From Amphiscolops sp. MND2022 (Eukaryota): a stretch of DNA of 64,000 nt. The position numbers and the translations under genes are program-made. The notes under the pieces were generated by a model that saw only the letters and a program-made list of their open reading frames with translations, was not told where the DNA came from and ran no database searches. Location: positions 17,176,001 through 17,240,000 of the forward strand of contig OZ076409.1 in NCBI GenBank assembly GCA_964187785.1, written 5' to 3'. This document shows, in pieces, positions 1 through 12,300 of the stretch (position 1 is the first letter of the stretch; each line of letters opens with the position of its first letter).

Positions 1-22
1 CGGGTAGTCGCTGAGTTTGATT

Positions 23-2620
23 TTAGTGAACTAGTAGAAGGAGGCAATTTTCTAGTATTGGGTTTGACGAAAGCGAACTGATTATTTGTTTCCGTGGATT
101 GGTCAATGTGTGTGGCAGATAGATTTTCGTCTTGAATTTCTCGTTCGTCTGTGGATTCTGGAAGGACAGGCGTTGTTGGATCCGCTTCCTTCTTTCCTTT
201 ATCGTGACTATCGTGGCTTTCCTGTAAATCGCATCTAGGTGTAACTTACCAGGTGACTCAGCTAAGTTTTCTTGGGTTAGAAGAAGGTCTCTCCTGTTTC
301 GCCTGATCACTTTTCCGTCTTCAAATTTGACAATATACGACCTGGGGGTTACTTCTTTTCTTTTGATTTGATGACTCCCTTTCTGGCCCAGTTGTTTTCG
401 GAGACTCTATAGCGAACTGCGTCTCCTTCTTTTAATTCTGGTAGATCACGGGCTGTCTTGTTATTTTATTCTGATGTCTTATTCCGGCCAGGGGCTTGTT
501 CTTTTTGACCACAGGTCCACTCGCCTCGACTTAAAACTGGTAATCGATTCAGGATATTTTCGCTCGTTGATAAAAATGACGGTGATCTTCCAAATTTGTC
601 AGAGCACAGTGGCGATGTTCTGTACGCAAGTAGCGCAAGATATGGGTCAGTGCTGTCAACATTTGCTTCCTTTAGCAACTGTTTAACGGCTTGAACTGAT
701 CGTTCCCATATACCTTGAGGATGATGTGGACTCGCTGTTTTCAAGGTGAACTCCCATTTATCAGCAAACTCGTGAAACTCGGCACAATTAAACGGCATGT
801 TGACGCCGCAAAATTCCCGAGGTGTACTTCTTTTAGCAAATACAGACTTCCATTGAGCAAAACCGCTTGATGCTGTTTTGTCTGTTAATCGTCTGACTAT
901 TGGAAAGGATGAGAAATAGTCAACTACAAGTAGATAGTCATTGCCTTTTAAATGAAAAATATCCGCCGCTATTTGTTCCCAGCTGCCTCTAACTGAGTCA
1001 ACTTGCGGAATGAGGGTTTCTTTCTGTTGGCGATTCCACTGAACTTGACACGTTTTGCACTGCTTCACATTACTTTCAATCTGTGTATTGAGTCTTGGCG
1101 CGAGCTTTGGATATGTCCATGCCTAAATGCCCTTCGTGTGTACGTGACAAACCTCGGCTCTCATCGACCGTGGAATAACGATTCTTTCACCGTAGAGTAT
1201 AATACCTTCGTGGTGGGTGGGAGGACAGGCTTCGTATATTTTTGAATGTTCGCAAATCGGTGTTAATTTGTTCTGGCCATCCATGAACCATATAATTGAG
1301 TACGTCTATTAATTCTTGATCTGACGCTGTGTGCTCGCGTATTTTGTCTTCTATTTGTTGGTTGGGAAAAACTGATATAACCACGTTTTGTATCCTCAAT
1401 TCCGCTTCTTCATCCTCCGTCAATTTCAATTGCTCATCCATGAGTGGCTTCGTGATAGCGTGTCTGGAACGGGAATACTGTTGCCATGGGCATTACAAAC
1501 GACGAAGTCGTACCGTTGCAGTCGCAAAAGATGTCGCTGAATTCTAGGTGGATTTTCGTGTAAATGTTTCTTGAAGATTGACTTTAGCGGTTGATGATCT
1601 GAATGTACTTCGAGAGTAAGTCCAGAATGGTACTCAAGAAAACGTTCACACGCGATTACACGATGGCTAGCGTTTCTTTTTCAATCTGGGCATATCGTTT
1701 TTCGGTTTCTGTTAGGGCTATAGCTGCGTAGGAGTGGCTTCAACTCCTCCTCCAGTCGCTGCTCTAGCATTGCTCCGAGTGCTCCAGGTCCCATCGACGC
1801 ATCTGGTGTTACCCTCGTCGGTGCTTTGGGATAAAAAAAACGAGAACGGGTGATTGAGTTACCAATTCGACTTGGTGTTGTTGTAGCCAGTCCCAGTCGT
1901 CATCGGATCGGAGCAGATTGCAAAAATTTTCATTTTCTGCTGAAATAGTCTTTATGAATTTGCGCCGGTAATTTACCATGCCTAAAAAGCGTCTCAGCTC
2001 AGCTGTGGCGCTAAGCGGTTTAATTCGTAAGATATCTTTGACTTTTGATGAATCTGCACTGATGCCAGCAGCTGATATAGTGTGTCCCAGAAACGTGATT
2101 TGAGGTATTCTGATTGGGAATGTTTCGTTGTTTAGTTTCGGAAGAGACGAGCAAATTCTGTCTACAACCTTTTCAAACCTTTCGTTGTCTTGAAGCTCAG
2201 AAGTAACAAGAACTACAAAATCGTCCTGCTTATTTTGAACGCCTTCAAGTTTCTCTAGCATTTCTGCTACTACTTTTTGGAAAACCTCGGATGCACGTTT
2301 AAGGCGAAACGGTAATCTTAAGAATTTGTAACGTCCAAATGGGGTGTTGAAAGTGAGAAGGTCGGAATTTTCAGAGTCCACTGCTATTTGCCAATACCCA
2401 ATTGAAGCGTCTAAGTTGGAAAATACAGTAGCTTCTGACATATCTGCAAAGACGGTTTCTTCTGTTGGCATCTCATAGTGATGGCGCTTGATAGCTTTGT
2501 TGAGGTCTTTAGGATCCAGACATAATCGCAATTTTCCATTCGGCTTTTCTACTATTGTCAGACTGTTGACCCAGTCCATTGCAGGATCAACTTTCTGAAT
2601 GACTGTTAGTTATTCAAGCC
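23..2620 (-). mobile_element. Degenerate Ty3/Gypsy LTR-retrotransposon pol remnant (RT - RNase H - integrase)
   Basis: Minus-strand ORF fragments: RT 1809-2579 (LRLCLDPKDLNKAI, LDASIGYWQI, TFNTPFGRYKFLRLPF, KQDD, TFLGH, LRRFLGMVNY), RNase H remnant ~1560-1800, integrase 466-1068 (CKTC zinc knuckle, IAADIFH, LVVDYFS, SPHHPQG..ERSV). The order RT-RH-INT is Gypsy. Many stops and frameshifts. Confidence 0.9.
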
Positions 2621-3450
2621 GTGATATTTCCTCTCGAATCCTCATCAGCATTGGGAATGGAAACAAAATCGAGGTTTGCACTTTGTCACTGTTTTGATCT
2701 GCTTCTGTTGCTGTCATAAATATTTCTAGTTGTTGACGGAAAATTTTCCAAATTTCGCACAAATTTGCGTAAAAGTTCTGTATCGAAGGTGGTTCAACAT
2801 ATCGATTGAGTTATGTTGTTCTGAAACCTTTGAGATCGGGGATTTGTTTATGTCTCCAGATTGGTGCGGCGTACATTATTTGTGGCAGAATTACTCTTTG
2901 GTAAAGTAAGATCAGAGTGGGATGCTGAGACCCCATTGGTCTGCACATTTGCTCCGTATGATGCGCCAGTTTCTTGCTGCTTTGACCGTGGCTGTTTTCA
3001 AGTGTTCATGGTAATTCAGCTTGTCTTCGATAATATCTCCAATAGATTTTGTGCTCGGTACGAGTACATGTAACGTCAAGCTAACAGCTACATTCTAGTG
3101 CTGGGACAAAATCTACTTTGCTTTAACAGTAGACCAATGTCTTACAACAATCTAGACCTTAGTTTTCGGTCCTGAACTTGTCTTCATGGGGACTTTTCCA
3201 CTGGTCTAAGGAAACGCCTCAAATTAGATCTCCATGGCGACGTGCCTCAAAGTCCCGACACGTCCCACAAGCACGTAAAAACGTTCCTAAAGGTTCCTGA
3301 AGTTTTCCCGAAGTCCAAAAGCAAGCGTTTAGCTAAAGTACATTCCAATTAGGTTAATAACGTCGCAAACACAAATATTGGGACATACTGGGATCTAGAA
3401 GATCCAGTTCCATCACAAATCTGCCAAATATCATCGGGTACTAAAAAAAC

Positions 3451-3970
3451 TGTTGGCGCATGACATCACATTGATCGCAGTAATTATCAGTCCACTTAGC
3501 ACAGTGGATCAGTCTTTGCTTTTAAACCGGCCTGCACAAATGCGAATCTGCGACAGTGCTCTTTTTTGTTCCTTTAATCCTCTGACCTTAATATTGGCCT
3601 CAATATCGACCAATCATTTTGCTTGACATTATTAATATTGCTCATGTTATGTATTATATTAACAACCCATTGCTCACTATTGTAAACGCATATGTAAACA
3701 ACCCGTTATGGATCTTTTTGTTGCTTTGAACTGTAAGTGTGCCATTTTGTTATTCAATAACCTGTTATTGACCTGTCATCTATGTCTTACTTCTTGAGAA
3801 CAATTTCATTCATTTATACTATCAATAAGCATTCTCAAACATAGATCTCTTGTCTTGAGTCAAGACCCAAATCACAAGAGTTTGAACTCTATTTTTGAGT
3901 TCCTTCAATCCTTTTAGTTTGAACTCTTTCTTGAGTTCCCTCGTTCTAGCTTGAGAGCTACCCCAAAACA
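3451..3970 (+). repeat. Putative 5' LTR of the BEL/Pao element
   Basis: Starts TGTTGG (3451) and ends AAAACA (3970) just before the PBS. The 3' boundary is well supported. The 5' boundary is inferred from the TG..CA rule only, since no second LTR is visible (gap). Confidence 0.5.
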
Positions 3971-3971
3971 T

Positions 3972-3989
3972 TGGTGACTTCGACGTGAT
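3972..3989 (+). promoter_or_regulatory. Primer-binding site complementary to the tRNA-Trp 3' end
   Basis: TGGTGACTTCGACGTGAT versus the canonical tRNA-Trp PBS TGGTGACCCCGACGTGAT (16/18). It sits 1 nt after the CA LTR end and just before gag. Confidence 0.8.
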
Positions 3990-5390
3990 GTCAACAGCAG
4001 ATGGATCAGGAGGTTCAGACGGCCCTGGTGGTGAGATGAAGTTGCCTCAGCTCAAACGATCAAGAGGGGCTCATTGCGGCGTCTTCACAAGACGGGCAGC
4101 AGCAATCCGGCAAGCTGGTGGACCGCTCGAGGATGTTCAAGCCGCATTGGAGTTCCTGATTGATCGTCGCAAGATGCTGACAGAGTTGGATTCGCAGATC
4201 CAACAACTCATTGATGATGACGATGAACTAGTAGCCGATGTGGAGGAAGCGGCTGACGTGTTCATGGCAGCCGAAAGGGCTGCCAAGTGGAGTCAGGGCA
4301 GAATCAAGGAGTTGCAGCCTCCAGGCCCAAGCGCTGCAGCGACACCATCAAGTGGCAGCCTGACTACAAAGCTCCCCAAGCTGACCCTTCCTTCATTCAG
4401 CGGTGAATACACACAGTGGGTCTCTTTCTGGGACCAATTCACATCTCTGGTTGACAGCAAACGTGACATGACCAACGTTGAGAAGCTATCCTACCTCAAG
4501 TTGTCACTGAAGGGTGATGCAGCTCATAGTTTCATCCCTGTTGGTCACTGATGCAAACTACGACATCGCGAAGCGAAAGCTGGAGGAGCGCTACAACAAC
4601 AAGCGTTCAATCGTGAAGGCGCACTTAGCAGCAATCCATGCCCTACCAGCCGTCAAGAAGGAGTCGAGTGTTGAGCTGCGCAAGCTATTGGAGTCGACGA
4701 ACGAACATGTGCTAGCACTAGAAGCATTGATGTTGCCTGTCAATCATTGGGATGCAATATTGGTGTACTGGCAGTTGGAGAAACTGGATGCCGTGTCGAG
4801 GAAGCAATTTGAATTAGCGCATCCCGGCACAGATGTGTTAACATTCAAAGAGTTAACTACATTCATGGACAGACGAAGTCGTGCATTGGAATCCAGTGGT
4901 GATCAGCCTGAGGTTTCTACCCCCAAGACGACACCCAAGAAGGTGCATCAAGAAGCTTACTCCTCAACTGTTGAGCACTCCGCGAGTTGTCAGATGAAAA
5001 AATGCAGTGAGTCACACTCAATCTCTCAGTGTGATCGCTACAAGCAGCTGGGCACACGTGAGAGAAAGACAGTGGTGAGAAAGCTCAAACTGTGCATGAA
5101 CTGTCTAGGGCGGCATTTCGTGGCTGATTGTCCATCCAAGTTCAGCTGCCGCACTTGCAACGGGAGGCATCACACATCGCTACACTTTGATCGTGCAGTC
5201 GAGCAGCAAAGTGGTGTGACAAGTGGTGCAACGTTCAGTGGTCCATCTGTGCTTCTCTCAACAGCAATGGTTGGCATAGACGACACAGCTGGAAAAACAT
5301 TGATGTTCCGAGCCTTGCTGGACTCTTGGTCTCAAACATCCTTCATCACAGCAGACGCTGCATCGAAACTCAACCTTGCACGTTCAACAG
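3985..5390 (+). mobile_element. BEL/Pao LTR-retrotransposon gag-protease region (frameshifted, truncated by assembly gap)
   Basis: KLPKLTLPSFSGEYTQWVSFWDQF..EKLSYLKLSLKGDA (Pao gag/DUF1759-like), three Cys-His boxes (CQMKKCSESHSISQC, CMNCLGRHFVADC, CRTCNGRHHTSLH), protease RALLDSWSQTSFI. Frameshift near 4523. Confidence 0.9.
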
Positions 5391-5590
5391 NNNNNNNNNN
5401 NNNNNNNNNNNNNNNNNNNNNNNNNNNNNNNNNNNNNNNNNNNNNNNNNNNNNNNNNNNNNNNNNNNNNNNNNNNNNNNNNNNNNNNNNNNNNNNNNNNN
5501 NNNNNNNNNNNNNNNNNNNNNNNNNNNNNNNNNNNNNNNNNNNNNNNNNNNNNNNNNNNNNNNNNNNNNNNNNNNNNNNNNNNNNNNNNN
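5391..5590. other. Assembly gap (200 N)
   Basis: Run of N; the two sides belong to different retroelements. Confidence 1.
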
Positions 5591-8340
5591 GTTTGAGATC
5601 TTTGATAGAAGAAAGTTACGTAGCACCAGTTTGAAATGTTGCAGCGACATACTGAAATCAAGCACTTTTAGACTAATGAGAGCATTTGCTGCTCTGGTGG
5701 ATCTGACAAAGAAGTTGCTTTCAGAGCCAACTTTTTTGGTTTTTGGAACATCAAAAAGCCCCAGAGTGGATGATCTTGTGTTCAGGGTACTCGTGGCAAG
5801 ATTGTGATCGACATCAAGACAGCGATTTTGCAGTTTCCATAGCAGTATGAGGTCGTTTTCCGCAAGCTGAAAACACAAGGGTAGATAGGAATGACTCAAA
5901 AGGGCTGACTTATAACTTTTATCAGAACAAATCCATTTAAAAGCTCGCATTTGAAACTTTTCTAATTTTTTGAGGTAAGTAACTGAAGGCGACCATACAG
6001 GAGATCCATATAGAAGAACAGATACTACCAAAGAATGGTAAAGTAATTTCTTTCTGGGACTAGCGGTAGAAAAAGGGATATTTCGACGCATAAAGTTAAA
6101 AACTCTGGTGCATTTGGCGAGTTTCGTTTCAATATGGTTCGTCCAGTCGAGGTTGGATGTGACAGTAAACCCAAGGTCTTCAATGCTCTTTTCAAATGGC
6201 AATTCATTTGAACCAAGATTCAGCATTAAATCAGGCATTACATCCGAGAATGGAATACATTTACATTTCGAGGGATGAAAACTCAGACCATTTAAAACAG
6301 ACCAATGTAGAAGAGCATCAAGATCGCTTTGAATGAGTTGGAGGATACAGTCAAAATGTACTTTTAAATCATCAGCAAAAGCAAATGGGCATCCATGTTC
6401 AATAGATTCCATCATGTCGTTGATAAACAGAATGAATAACAATGGTCCCAAAACACTTCCCTGAGGAACACCTGAAGGTACAGCAACTGGAGACGAGAGA
6501 CTTTCTCTTACTTTGACAATTTGAAACCTGTTCGAAAGATAAGATTCCATTAGTTTGATGAAACCAGGACATAAACCGAAAAGCTTGAGCTTGGATAATA
6601 GCAAATGATGAGGGACTGAATCGAATGCCTTTTGCACATCAAAATAGATAGACAAAGTGGGAGTATTGGAGTCCATGGCACGATAGACAAGATCTAAATA
6701 TGATATCATTTGAGTTACAGTGCTCCGGGCTTTCATGAAACCGTGTTGTTTCCTGTGAATTAGCTTCAAAACTTTGGGGTACAAAAAGTTGAAAATAATC
6801 CGCTCCAGAATGAGTGAGAGTTTGCAAAGAATACTGATTGGGCGATAATTATCAATGGAAGATTTCGGGCCTTTTTTATGTAGTGGTGTTATGTGCGATA
6901 CTTTCCAAACATCAGGCCAGGTTCGATTTTTAAGTATATGTGTGAATAGTTCCAAAACAAGTGGAGCCAGTATATTTGATGCCTTATGAAGAACAAACGA
7001 AGGCACTTGATCAGGACCCATAGAATTTGAATCATCGCATTTCAGCAGAAGTGTTTCCACTTCAATAAGTGAGACTTGGAGATCATCAATAAAAATAGAG
7101 GGTTTAGTTTCAGTTTCTGATGCTGCGACAAAGTCAACTTTTGAACTAAACACTGAACTAAGGTATTTGTTGAAGGCATTTGCAATATCACTGTCAGTGC
7201 AGTATTTTTGGTCGTTGTAATACATAACAGAGGGAATATGATTGCAAAAACCCAATTTTCGGAGCATACGAAAGCACTCAGTTGAAGAAGATAAGTTGAA
7301 ACTATCCAGAAAGACAAGTTTATCTAATTCGATCGATTGGGATAGTGATAGATCTATTTCACGTTGTTTGAGAGCTAATTGAAACGACCAGAATCTGGAC
7401 ATTTTGCGAATGTTTGTATCTTTTTGATTCAGAAGATGAATCGTATGGGAGGAGTAGTAGATGGGAAAATTCCGACGACGTTTTCTTTTTTGTCTAATAG
7501 AAATGAATAAAGAAGAGGACAAACGTGAATACCATTCAGATACAAAGTCAAAGACAGTGGAGGGCTGCATGAAACAAATCAGATCATATAGAGGAGATAG
7601 AGATTGATTGAAAATTGACTTATCGAAAGACGACTGTGAGTAGGAAGGTACAATAGGTATTTCATTATTCGTGCACTCGAGTGAAAAATAAATAGGATAA
7701 TGATCGGAAAAAAGATTTAGGTCCACCCAACAGTCAAGGTTGCTAGAGTCAGTTAGAATAAGGTCGAGGATATTACCCGCTTTATGAGTAGGTGAATCAA
7801 TAAACTGCGACAGGCAGAGCTCATTTACAGCTTCGAGGAAGGATAGCTCTTTTTCATTACTACTTGTCATAGTGTCCCAGTCAATATCGGGGAAATTGAA
7901 GTCACCAAGAACAAACGTTGAAAAGTCCCATTTGGGGTTTCCAACTTTTTCCACAAGTGTTTTCTGATATGCATGTATACATTCAATAATTTGCGCAACA
8001 TCGACTTTGTAATCAGAGGTAGATGGAGGATTGTATATAAGGATGAAAAGTTTCAACTCAGTCTCCAAAAGACAACAGCCAACAGAAAAAGGATATTGTT
8101 TGAGTGAGATATCCACAAGGGTTGAGCCGCAATGGTTTGATACTGCTATTAATATGCCTCCGTGTTGACCCTGAGGCCTATCGGAACGTGAGATAATGGT
8201 GTAAGAAGAACCAAGAAAAATTTCCGAGTCAGAAACATTCTCATCCAGCCATGTTTCAGTAAGAAATACGAGAAAGAATGAATTTAAAGATAAGAGTTTT
8301 GCAAGTTTATGACGTTTGGATAGACTAAGAGTTGATCTGC
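5591..8340 (-). mobile_element. Non-LTR retrotransposon (LINE, CR1/L2/Jockey-type) ORF2: APE endonuclease + reverse transcriptase, 5'-truncated
   Basis: Uninterrupted ~915-codon frame. APE motifs FLTETWL, HGGILI, YNPP, LGDFNFPDIDW, GNILDLIL, SDH; RT motifs NYRPIS, QHGF, FDVQKAFDSV, GVPQGSVLGPLLF, FADD, DLG. Homology begins at the APE N-terminus next to a (TA)n tract; no ORF1 seen. Confidence 0.93.
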
Positions 8341-8374
8341 ATGTATATATATAATACATGTATATATATAAGCG

Positions 8375-9090
8375 AGGTCGAACAGGAGCAAAGACCTAGC
8401 GGGAACGAAGATCGCGAAGCGATCGTAGTGGGAGCTGGTCTTTGCGACGGTGAGGGCGAGCGTGCATACACCGCATATGCCCCACATTATGATATTTCCG
8501 GGTGTTGACATATTTATTCCTTGAATTGGAATGGAGTTGCCTTAATTTTGTGGTCACTTGGTTTAAATTGGTGGCATTTTGACTCAACGTCATTTTTATT
8601 TTGACCTTGGACTTAACTCGTTTTCGCTTTGGGTACGTCCAGACAGGTAAGAATCAATGAGATGCAGAAATTTTTATCGAAACCGAAGGCGGAATGTTTT
8701 CTTCGAAACCCATCATGGGGAACAAAATCAAAAGCTTGCATGTAAAAGTAGATGGCTATAGATGCCATGTTTTTATTCTGCTACAAGGCGTATAGGGGAT
8801 TTACATGATGTAGAAGCAGCGATGTGATGCTCCGTTTTTGATAAAGCCATGCAGTATAAAATGTGCCCCGGATACGTCCCCTTTTACTCTACTAGCCGCA
8901 GCCCCTTGGCGCCGCATATGTTCCCATCTTGCTAAACTAGGTCAAAGAGGAGCAACGAACTCGCTGATCGAGAAGCGATTGTAGTGGGAGGTGGTTTTTG
9001 CGAGGGCGATCGTGCATCACCGGATATGAAATATCGGCTTTGGAAGTCAAAATGGCAAAAATAGGCATTTTGACTCAAGGTCATTTTTTG
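8375..9090. repeat. Diverged direct repeat pair (~8375-8600 and ~8939-9090)
   Basis: AGGTCGAACAGGAGCAA..GATCGCGAAGCGATCGTAGTGGGAGCTGGTCTTTGCG..CGTGCAT vs AGGTCAAAGAGGAGCAA..GATCGAGAAGCGATTGTAGTGGGAGGTGGTTTTTGCG..CGTGCAT; GGCATTTTGACTCAA(C/G)GTCATTTTT follows in both. Confidence 0.7.
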
Positions 9091-9321
9091 GCATTTTGGT
9101 CCGTAGGCGCTGGTCTCATCGGTCTTTCCTGATAAGACTTAACCTGCTTTCCATTAGTTTGGTTGCACGTCTTTTTTGAAACAGTCACTATTTCTTAGTT
9201 TCTTGCCCCTGGATCCTTTTATCAAGAAAATCCTTGAGAAACTAATTGAAAAATCAATTAATGTCAATACTCGTGTCTTTCAGATTGGCATGGAACATCG
9301 ATTCTAGGCATTAATTCAAGA

Positions 9322-12300
9322 ATGAACAGTGTCAAAGAAACGAGTCCTACTGGACCTTCGCAAGTAGATGCTGGCAAAAACAAACCAGACAGTAAACCTC
9401 AGGAAGTGACGAATGGCATCAAAAGACCAGGACTGACAACTAAGAAAAAAGTAAATGGTACTGCTGCGTCGAGGTTGAGACAAGACTATCTGAGACTTAT
9501 GAAGGATCCGGTGCCTTATATCACAGCAGCTCCATTGCCAACGAATGTTCTTGAGTGGTAAGATTTTCGTAGATCTACAGTTTCGTTTGATTCTATTAGT
9601 ATTTTTCAGTTACCTCTGTGCAGTTGACAGGCATTTCGACTAAAGAGTTACCTTAGATGATTTGTATTAGAATGATTCAAAAGCTTCATTGAAAATCACC
9701 AATTGTGGTGATCACTAAAAAGTTCAGATATCTTCATAAATACGTGCTTTTAAACCTTATTCGTTATCGTTGAATCTTTCCTTGTTTAAAATCACGTTTA
9801 TAATCAATTAAAATTATCCAATAATGCGGTTGTTGAATGAATGAAGGGTAGCTTTTTTTCGTGTTGCTGAAAGACAAAAAATAGCGATATGATATGCATC
9901 TTTTATATACGCTCGTGAAGTTCGCCTAAATATTCAAAAACACTGAATTGGTAAGTTGAATTGGAAGCTTACCGTAATCGGGAATGTCGAAAGGTTCGAG
10001 ATAGGTATACCTTTTCAGTTTCACTTTGGTGTAAAGTTACAGTCGCCTAGGTGCAGTGCAGATATGATTACGGTTTCTTGATTCTGTCAAGCAGTTTCGC
10101 GATGTAACTTGAGGAGTTGTATTTTGTCTTTTTTGGACTTTCCGGAGGGAATTAACTTTGGATATGTTCGAGAGCCAAGCATTTTAAACCATGCACGCGT
10201 TGATTAGTTCTTAGGAAGTTACCGATATCGCTATTTTCTCATGAAATTTGGCTGTATTCAGAGCCTTGCTATTTGTCGTTAGCTTTCTATGGCTTCTTCG
10301 ATCTCAATGGAAGGTTTCTTTGTTGTCCTCAGTGATCATGTTCCTAGTAGTTGGGATCGTTTATAACTTTTATAAGCTGTTGCTTCTACTGCCACACTAA
10401 ACTTGTAACTTATACTGCCACTTGGCACAGAGGTTAATCAGGATTTTTTGAGGTCTGCGAAACAGGACGTGGGTTCGAGTCTCGCATGTGACCAATCTTT
10501 TGTGCTTGTTATTTCGGCTTTGTGAGACTTTTTTCGAAAAAAAATTTCTCCAAAGGGTCCTCCTTCAATGTTTTTGATATTTTGCATCAAATTGGATTTT
10601 CAAATAGCCCAAGGGCCCCCTTTTACAATTTTCGGCTTTGTGAGATTTTCGTGATTTTTCGTCTGAAATTAGGTTTTCTCAGGACGCTATATCCGTGCTG
10701 AGCGGCGGATATCAAGAATTTTTTTCGAGAGCGGCATTTTTTCCATACCACTTTTTTGCAATCTGTTTTTATCGAAACCCCCCTCGATTTTTACTAGGAA
10801 CAATTCCTTAGGATTTTCGGCACTATGCGACTAATAGGAGACTTCGTCAAAAAAGTCAAAAAACGTGGCTTTAGAGTCTTATGCGTATCTCTTGAGGTAT
10901 TTTTGGCACTGTAGAATGAGTGAAATTTAACAAAAGTGTTCTTTTGCGTATGTAAAAAACTTTTTTGAACCTTGAGCCGGCTTGTTTTTCTTTTGTGTGA
11001 TTTAATAGCTGTTCAATTACCAATCGTGATGGGTTAAAATAATTGATTCAAAACGCATCACGCAAACTTTTCCTGGCAAATTTAGGTATTTCTCAATGGG
11101 AGCCTCCTGCAAAAATATGGGCCCTCTTTCATCTGTGAATTTACAGCGAACTTTTAATTCCACCATTGGCTTCGAAAGCGCTCGTTAATTGTATGATTCC
11201 TTGGATAATTGCTGGAAATTATATTATACCGCTTTGCCTTCAATTGATGGTTTGAAATTAAGAAAACTTCGTTCATATGTTTATCTTTGTATTTTGTTTG
11301 TTCAGGCATTATGTGGTTGAAGGACCTGAAGACAGCGTTTATTCAGGTGAATTGAATTTTTTTTCATTTTTCAAGTTTCACTCCGTTAAAGTTTGTTTTA
11401 TTTTTCAAGGTTCACTCCGTAAAAGTTTCTTAATTTTTAGGTGGCTTTTATCACGGGAAACTTGTTTTCCCCAGCGAATACCCGTTCAAACCTCCGTCCA
11501 TTTACATGTGCACACCGAATGGACGGTTCAAAACCAATACCAGACTTTGCTTGTCCATCAGTGATTTTCATCCGGATACGTGGAACCCCGCGTGGTCCGT
11601 GGCTACCATTCTCACAGGTTTACTCAGTTTCATGTTAGAGACATCACCTACCCTTGGAAGCATCGAAACATCAGACCAAACGGTGAGTCATTTCATTCTT
11701 ACTTTTTTACTGACTAAAGAATTCGGTAACGTTTCAAATGTATATTGATGGGCGCTGTTTTCTATATTCTAAAGCTGTTCCTATAAGCGTTTTTTCTGTG
11801 TGATTTTTCTGACAACGGAAAAACTTGTTAGACCAGTGTAGCCACAGTGAGTCAAATTTTTCTAAAGTCCTCCATGAAAACAATATTTATCAACATCCCT
11901 GAGTCATTCTTTGTAGTTTTTGGTCGACGCGACAAAATATTCCTGATTATTATTTTTTGTTCCGAGCGATAATGTGCTGAAAGAATGCGACTAAGCAGAG
12001 CGGAGTGACAGCGATTCTCAAATGCATGAGGCTGATGATACTTCTCAGATCTCATTGGTTTATGCTGCCTCAATCTTAGCCAAAAATGAAGAAATTCGAG
12101 CCTTCACGTATTCCTCGAAAAAAAGAATAGCTGAAAAATATCCTGTTTTTTGTTTCCTGAATTATCCCGGAAAAAATATGCATTCATCAATATTAATTTG
12201 ACATTGCATGTATAAAGATATAAAATTCAAATTCGGTCGTAAAATCGGTTTTTGTAATTCTATTACCACTTATAGAAGAAACACACTTCCTTGTAATCTT

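Noticed and set aside
1809..2579. Unusual RT catalytic motif KQDD as a sign of a novel polymerase
   Set aside because: The copy is riddled with stops and frameshifts and xxDD variation is common in Gypsy RTs; not interpretable.
4514..8359. ORFs running across the N gap, suggesting a BEL-LINE chimera
   Set aside because: Artefact of translating Ns; the elements are on opposite strands and the true junction is unknown.
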